This document shows positions 59,001 through 64,000 of a DNA stretch of 64,000 nucleotides, piece by piece. This DNA comes from Botryllus schlosseri (Eukaryota). The stretch spans positions 12,154,001 through 12,218,000 of the forward strand of contig CM119372.1 of assembly GCA_051294905.1 (NCBI GenBank), read 5' to 3'. Below the pieces are notes generated by a model. The model was given only the letters and a program-made list of their open reading frames with translations, was not told the DNA's origin and searched no databases. Every line of letters starts with the position of its first letter. Position 1 is the stretch's first letter. Made by a program: the position numbers and the translations under genes.

Positions 59001-62000
59001 CAATATCATGAGGTAGCCGGTAAAATTCGAAAATCTCTATTTGTAATTAATCCAAAATTTTCTCTCATTGTAGTAACGCTCCGGCGGCTATTTCGGGAGC
59101 TGAGCAGGAAAGCTGACCTTTTTTCTAGTCAACCACCTCATAACGTGAAAGAAAAACTGTACCTCTGCATAAACAAGCATCTGTTGATTCTCTATCAGCT
59201 GGTATCTAGACGTGAATTCGTCGGTTCTATATCAGATAGTATGTAGACGTGAATTCGTTGATTCTCTATAAGCTATAAGCTAATTCAGGATTGAAAGTAC
59301 ACGAGTTGAACATGACTTCAATGCAGTGACTTGGACTCGGACTCGAGTCATAACACTATGACTCGGACTTGACCCTATAAACGGTGACTTGGACTCGGAC
59401 TCGACTCGGTGATGAATTGAAAATGACTCGACTTAACTCTAGTCAATACCACAAAAGTAAGATTGACTCGTGACTCGGAACCATGTGACTTGGTTACAAC
59501 CCTGGCTACTAGTGGGCGCAGAATCTGAAATCATGATAGAAGTTATTCATTTTAGATTTGGGACCAAATATCAAAAGCATTTTTTGAAATTCAAAAATTT
59601 TTTTTTACTCCATCCTTATGGCAGTGGCACATGTGTATCAGGGTTACATCTGCATGCTTTTTGTCTGACCAATAAGAAAACACAATATTTCAAAGCTGAC
59701 ACATATGATCCAATCGTGCTTGTGAAATTGCAACAATTCAATCTTACTGTATTATTCACAAAGACTAACTGAGTGTGCAATTGTTACTGCACCTAAAACG
59801 TTGCCATTTTGGAGAATGCCACACTCTAGGATCCTTTTTGAGCTGCCAATAGACATTTGTCATTCACTTGAGTTGTAAATCGGGATTCCTAACTCTTCCA
59901 GCAACCCATGGTAACAGTATCATGCCAATGTCAGTATCATGGCAATACAAAAAGCTACCTAAAGTAGCCCTACGATAAAAACGCAGTTTGTCATGATCGA
60001 AAGTGAGATATCTTCTCTATCTTGCCAAGTAATCTTTTCTCAATTTGCAGGGATGCTAAAAGTTTCGAATATTTCTCTTCCAAGTTCCATTGCCTATGTC
60101 AGATCATCTAACTTGTGTTGATGGACTACTCTACATTCTGAATCATCTTTGATTGCAAATTCTTCATCATTACGCCGGCTATCCCTAAGATCTTCATCTT
60201 GATCCAAATTACTGAGCGTAAAGGAGTTTGAAGTTACACTGGATAAGCTGAATTGGACATTGGACCTATTGCTGAAAGTCAATGTAAAGTTTATTTTTCT
60301 TGCCATATCCTGCAGTTTGCATCAAATATGTGTCTGAAATATCCTTGGATGATTGCACCCTCTAACCAAAAATGGGTGAAAGCATTATCCTAGATCAATA
60401 CCAGTACCTTTTCTGTAATAATTCAATTGACCCCTTGGCTATATACCTTATCATATGATAAAAGTTTGGATTTCGATATGGTGTGGAAAAGTAACATGGC
60501 TAAATTCGTGAAAATTTGCATATTTTGGGCATATGTCGTAGAGCAAGAACTTGACGTGATAGAAGAAAACCAGTGGCATTTTTGGAATCAGCACGCCAAA
60601 ACTATCCTTTATCAAAGTCAACAAATTTTTCGTTCAAAATTGTTGTCCGGTGTTATGGGGTCCTGTGTATTTTCAGCCGTTCTCCATTCGTTACCGGACT
60701 ACATTTCTTGAATTTGAAAATAGTTGCACCCATTGGTGAAAAATAGAATGCATACCCTATTTAAAAACTGGATTTTGAATGTACTTGAGATACAAACACT
60801 TGTAACTTCTACTGGTAGATTTAGATTGTCTTAACCTTCTGCTTGTCATAGGATGAATATTGCAGCTAAGTACCTTCCACCAACTCTTTTGAAGGCTGCT
60901 AACAAGAATAACATATGTAGACAATACTATTCTACAGGAGTGTCGGCAATGTTTTTTTTAGTTATCGACGACCTCATAAATTGCCAACCGTACGCTCATA
61001 AAATAAAATACATGAACTGCACCGATCGTTACAATAGAGGCTCGGTTTGTGAAATATTTTGTGAACCGACCGAACAAAGAATAGGATCCAAAACGGTGGA
61101 ATGTAAGAAACGTGCGGGCGGATACTTGGCATGGACTGCAGTTTCAGCAGGATATGCGGATAACGAAATTGCTAAATGCGAACGTGAGTATAATAATTCC
61201 TATTTTTGCGCTTCACTTGATTTACTACAAGGAAATATTTTTCAATCCGGAATCGCCAGTCTCATCGTGGTTCTATAAGATATCTATATCACACCTACTA
61301 ACCAAGTTTCGAAATTTCAATTCTTTGTAGTGCAGCACTATGGAATATTTTGCATTAGATGTGAAGATACGGTTTGCAGTTAAATTTTACCGCTAACAAT
61401 ATCATTGTCAGATCAATCAACGTTGCTTGTTGCTATCTTGAAGTTCTGTGCCAATATAGAACCTTACTGATTTAGACCGTTAACATACGCCACTGTTTTC
61501 AGTGTTGCAAACATGAAATGTTTGAGTCAAATACTTGCGAAACGCATCAGTCAGGCACCTGTACCATAGGTATTCTGGGTGAACACACTGTGTCAGGATA
61601 GTGAGGCAATAAAGGTAGTGAGTGCGAAAACGACAAGTGTCATGATGGTGACTAGCTAAGTCATTAGAAATGGCACAGTCGGTGACAGAATAGTGATGCA
61701 TTCAAAATAGTGAGACGTTCGAGATTATGACCATGGCCGAGGTTAGGGTCACTTTGGGTTGAGGTTATGGATAGGGGTTTGGTAAGCGTGTTCTATTGAT
61801 AAGGTTCGGAATCGGCGGTTATATCTGGGCAAAACACAATGTACAATGTGACACGATACACAAGACACAATGTGATGTAGTGAACAGATGGAAGGATGTC
61901 AAAACCAAGGACGGCCTCTCAATTTTTCTATTTTTATGAGTCTTTTTTTATCCTCTTTTCTCAATAGCTTTTCATTCATTCTTTTTCGGATCTTTCTCTG

Positions 62001-63394
62001 GGCTTTTTGAGTAAGACGCTATTGGAACAGCATTGTAGGGGAGGAGCAGCCCAGATAAACCTCTGACACACGCTACATCATTTTTATCGCTTTTCCTTTT
62101 TATCTTTGATTTGCCTACATTGATTGTGTCATTTCAAGGACTACTCCACTTCATCTCAACACCATTCATGGCGATTAGGCTTAGCTTAGGTTATTTTGAA
62201 TGCCTCACCATCATGATACTCGCTGTTTTGACACCGGCTATTCTGAATCCCTCACTACATGTGGTTCTAGTAACGCGTTTCATTTTCAGCATTGGAATGT
62301 CCTGATCCAGCCACATTCCCCGATGCGACACTGATGTCGTGCACTGATGGGAGGAGCTTGGGTTCCATTTGCAGTTACGAGTGTCCTAGAAAAGTCGCGG
62401 GTACCCTCCAACTTACCTGTCATGTCGATCCAGCGTCCGGATTGGACTATAAAGCTATTTTTGTTTATTCCGGAGACACGTGTGTGTGTAAGTTTGTCTG
62501 AATACAGGTAGGCCTATATTTCTAATTTATTTTATTCATGGTGGATCTATCATCAGATATTGTACAGAAGTGGTTCCTAGTTGCCAGTGACCCAAATCTG
62601 AGTTTTGCGTACATCTCACAACCTGCATTCTCAATATCAACATGCATGAAACAGGCAGACAAGATACCGAGGCCCCATTTTATCCAATCTCACAGTAAAA
62701 GGTACTGTGGTGTCTGTGTTCGGGCAGCAAGTGTCTCTCTCTGCATGCCTCTTACCCATGCAAGCTAGAACTTTTTGCACTAAATGCGGGCAAGCCTTTC
62801 TGTGACATTCTTCCCCACTCTGCATTAAAAGTCTAGGCACCCTCTTTTATGACCAGGCCACAACTTGTCAGCACCAGCCACTCATCGGATGCAGTGAGCA
62901 GTGACCAAAGCCTGGTACATCCATGTTTGGGTCGGTGCCATAATTATAGAATCACCGGTGTAAAGAATGTGAAGAGTAATACGGCCCGTTTTGGACGGTT
63001 CTGCCTGAATTTTTATCTTGGTTTATGGCACATATAACGTCACAATTTATTCGACCAAATGGTATTTGTGAGCGTGAATCCGACTGCACGCCGGACAATG
63101 TTTTAACTGGTCTTTGATTTTAAGCAAATCAAGTACAATATGCATGAATGGAATGGAATGGAATGTTATGAAGTTCTCTTTTTGTAGATGTAAAGTGCCC
63201 CGATTTGGACAACAGCACGCTATCGACCGACACGACAATGACGTGCAACAACGAATTCTATCTTAACTCGGTTTGTACGTTCACCTGCGCAACCGGTGCA
63301 CGCATTTCAACGCCGTACGACACCATGAAATGTAACGACAGTGATAGCGACGGAGTGGGTGAATGGAATGTTGCCACCATGCCAAACTGTCTGG
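50012..63394 (+). CDS. Secreted or membrane multi-sushi (CCP/SCR) protein, selectin/complement-regulator-like; incomplete at the 3' end. Exons 50012-50072 (signal peptide), 52742-52987, 55048-55314, 56006-56191, 60962-61183, 62290-62487, 63188-63394.
   Basis: Six phase 1-1 exons, each one Cys-rich module (the first with 4 Cys, ending WFGQTPNC; the others with 6 Cys, e.g. CPD...CNNEFYLNSVCTFTCATG...KC...GEWN...PNC). Preceded by a hydrophobic exon MNCYHILLLILWNRFYLGDC with a phase-1 GTAAGT donor. Confidence 0.82.
51315..51573 (-). mobile_element. tRNA-derived SINE, same type as 43683
   Basis: Reverse complement of the 43683 element including the A/B boxes, core and (CT)n tail. Confidence 0.85.
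51601..51918 (+). mobile_element. tRNA-derived SINE with an alternative 3' tail
   Basis: Same head and core (TAGCGTAATGG, GGTTCGGTTCC, GGTCAGACCAAAGAC, CCTGCTTGGCGCTCA) but a different tail ending GCCGCAAAAACATCAAGGACAAAAATAAA. Confidence 0.82.
53424..54880 (-). mobile_element. Retroposon 3' end (TGA-tail family) split by a hAT insertion
   Basis: ...GACACCCACCTTGGCCTAGGC resumes after the insertion as GATGTAAAGAGGAGGCATGC, as in the uninterrupted copies. Confidence 0.75.
53528..54729. mobile_element. Non-autonomous hAT (Charlie-like) element
   Basis: CAGGGGTTCTCA / TGAGAACCCCTG. Perfect palindromic TSD GCCTAGGC (53520-53527, 54730-54737). Confidence 0.9.
56226..56468 (-). mobile_element. 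5'-truncated SINE with the alternative tail (as 51601)
   Basis: Reverse complement of 51655-51918: TTTTTGTCCTTGATGTTTTTGCGGCATATATACCGACTC ... GGTCTGACCCGGCCGG. Confidence 0.8.
57210..57515 (-). pseudogene. Degenerate DNA-transposase N-terminal fragment (hATm-like by recall)
   Basis: Minus-strand VAKELHDRWIWCNVFSINKFPIARKV...FLQDIDKLFDIFCC...GLRMAPEDCVFDED*K with in-frame stops resembles the VA.EL...W / LFDI / ED..F..DQ pattern of invertebrate transposases. Confidence 0.5.
57881..59504 (+). mobile_element. Internally deleted hAT transposon of the GACTCG family, retaining a C-terminal dimerisation-domain remnant
   Basis: TIR CAGTGTTGTAA / TTACAACCCTG. Perfect TSD GCTACTAG (57873-57880, 59505-59512). 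58310-58549 encodes FWTTRKNEYPMLFNVVQKCLSIPVFSALVEREFSRSG, the hAT dimerisation motif. Confidence 0.92.
59513..60652 (-). mobile_element. Degenerate Chapaev3-like (CMC) transposon: 5' end plus transposase remnant
   Basis: Minus-strand GLLEELGIPIYNSSE*QMSIGSSKRILECGILQNGNVLGAVTIAHSV matches the recalled EWRLFIDSSKRSLK.VLLHNGN...IGHSV motif. Terminus ...TTGTCCGGTG followed by TTA, with a subterminal TTTGGAATCAGCAC. Family assignment from memory. Confidence 0.6.
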
Positions 63395-63488
63395 GTATAC
63401 TACCTCGTCCTGGCCGTACCTGGCTTTTATGTGATGCTGCTTTAGTTAACATTTTATTAAGCAAAATTGCATCCGGCAATATACCTTA

Positions 63489-64000
63489 CCGTAATTTTCC
63501 ATGTACAATGCGCAAAATTTTACCGATTTTTTGCCCTAAAATTGGGGGGTGCGTATTATACATGGGGACAACAAGCTTTGAAAAAAATTTCCCTCCATAA
63601 AAACTTGATACCACACCTTTCATCGTGTTTGTTTCCAATCGCGCATCACTTTCAGTCATATCGCCCGGGAATCAGTGTAACGCGCTGCCAATTAGCGAGA
63701 AGCGTGTTGCCAATTACCGAGCAGCACAGCACGCGGTCTTCTGCTGAGTTAGTTTGCCGTTTGCACGCGAACGAAATTATGTCATTGAGCATGAGCATTG
63801 CTGCGCGCGCGGCAATCCTCGCTAGTTCATAGCGTCAATGTCAGGGCTCAACAATCGCATATGCAACAGGCCATGCGTGCAAGATATAATCGCTTGCGTA
63901 ATCAGTCGCATCTCTAACAGACCTGGCCTGAGTAATCGCATCTGTAATAGGCCTCGTGCGCAAGATGTCGTGTCGCTGGCCTAAACTATATCGTCGCAGG
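63489..64000. mobile_element. Probable Tc1/mariner (Tc2/pogo-like) MITE left end; may run off the window
   Basis: TA followed by CCGTAATTTTCCATGTACAATGCGCA...GGGGTGCGTATTATAC, a typical Tc2-type terminus. Right end not seen. Confidence 0.5.

Noticed and set aside
62538..62900. Possible piggyBac-like Cys-rich tail (KRYCGVC...VSLC)
   Set aside because: Too short and degenerate, and no TTAA-flanked termini were identified.

Overview
Eukaryotic (metazoan) genomic DNA with GT-AG introns, many of them about 60 nt long, and a dense load of small DNA transposons, SINEs and LINE fragments. Compact spacing and 6-Cys sushi exons suggest an invertebrate chordate such as an ascidian, but that is inference. 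Genes read by manual exon stitching, in order: 3' part of SLC35B1 (+); a fatty acyl-CoA reductase (+); an intronless meiotic HORMAD/Hop1 with PHD and winged-helix domains (+); an intronless, atypical GCN5-like acetyltransferase-fold protein (+); intronless FIRRM/C1orf112 (+); BBS2 (+), starting 158 bp after the FIRRM stop; an unknown spliced gene (+); TIMM22 (-); and a signal-peptide-bearing multi-sushi (CCP) gene that runs off the window (+). Most notable: (i) a co-oriented run of three intronless chromatin/recombination genes ending in an operon-like FIRRM-BBS2 junction; (ii) a GCN5-like domain split by an acidic insert of about 140 aa, with altered catalytic residues; (iii) a 1.8-kb foldback element with an 8-bp TSD and an apparently invertible core; (iv) a SINE-LINE pair sharing a 3' stem-loop, plus tail-swapped SINEs. 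All family names come from recalled sequence motifs, not from database searches.
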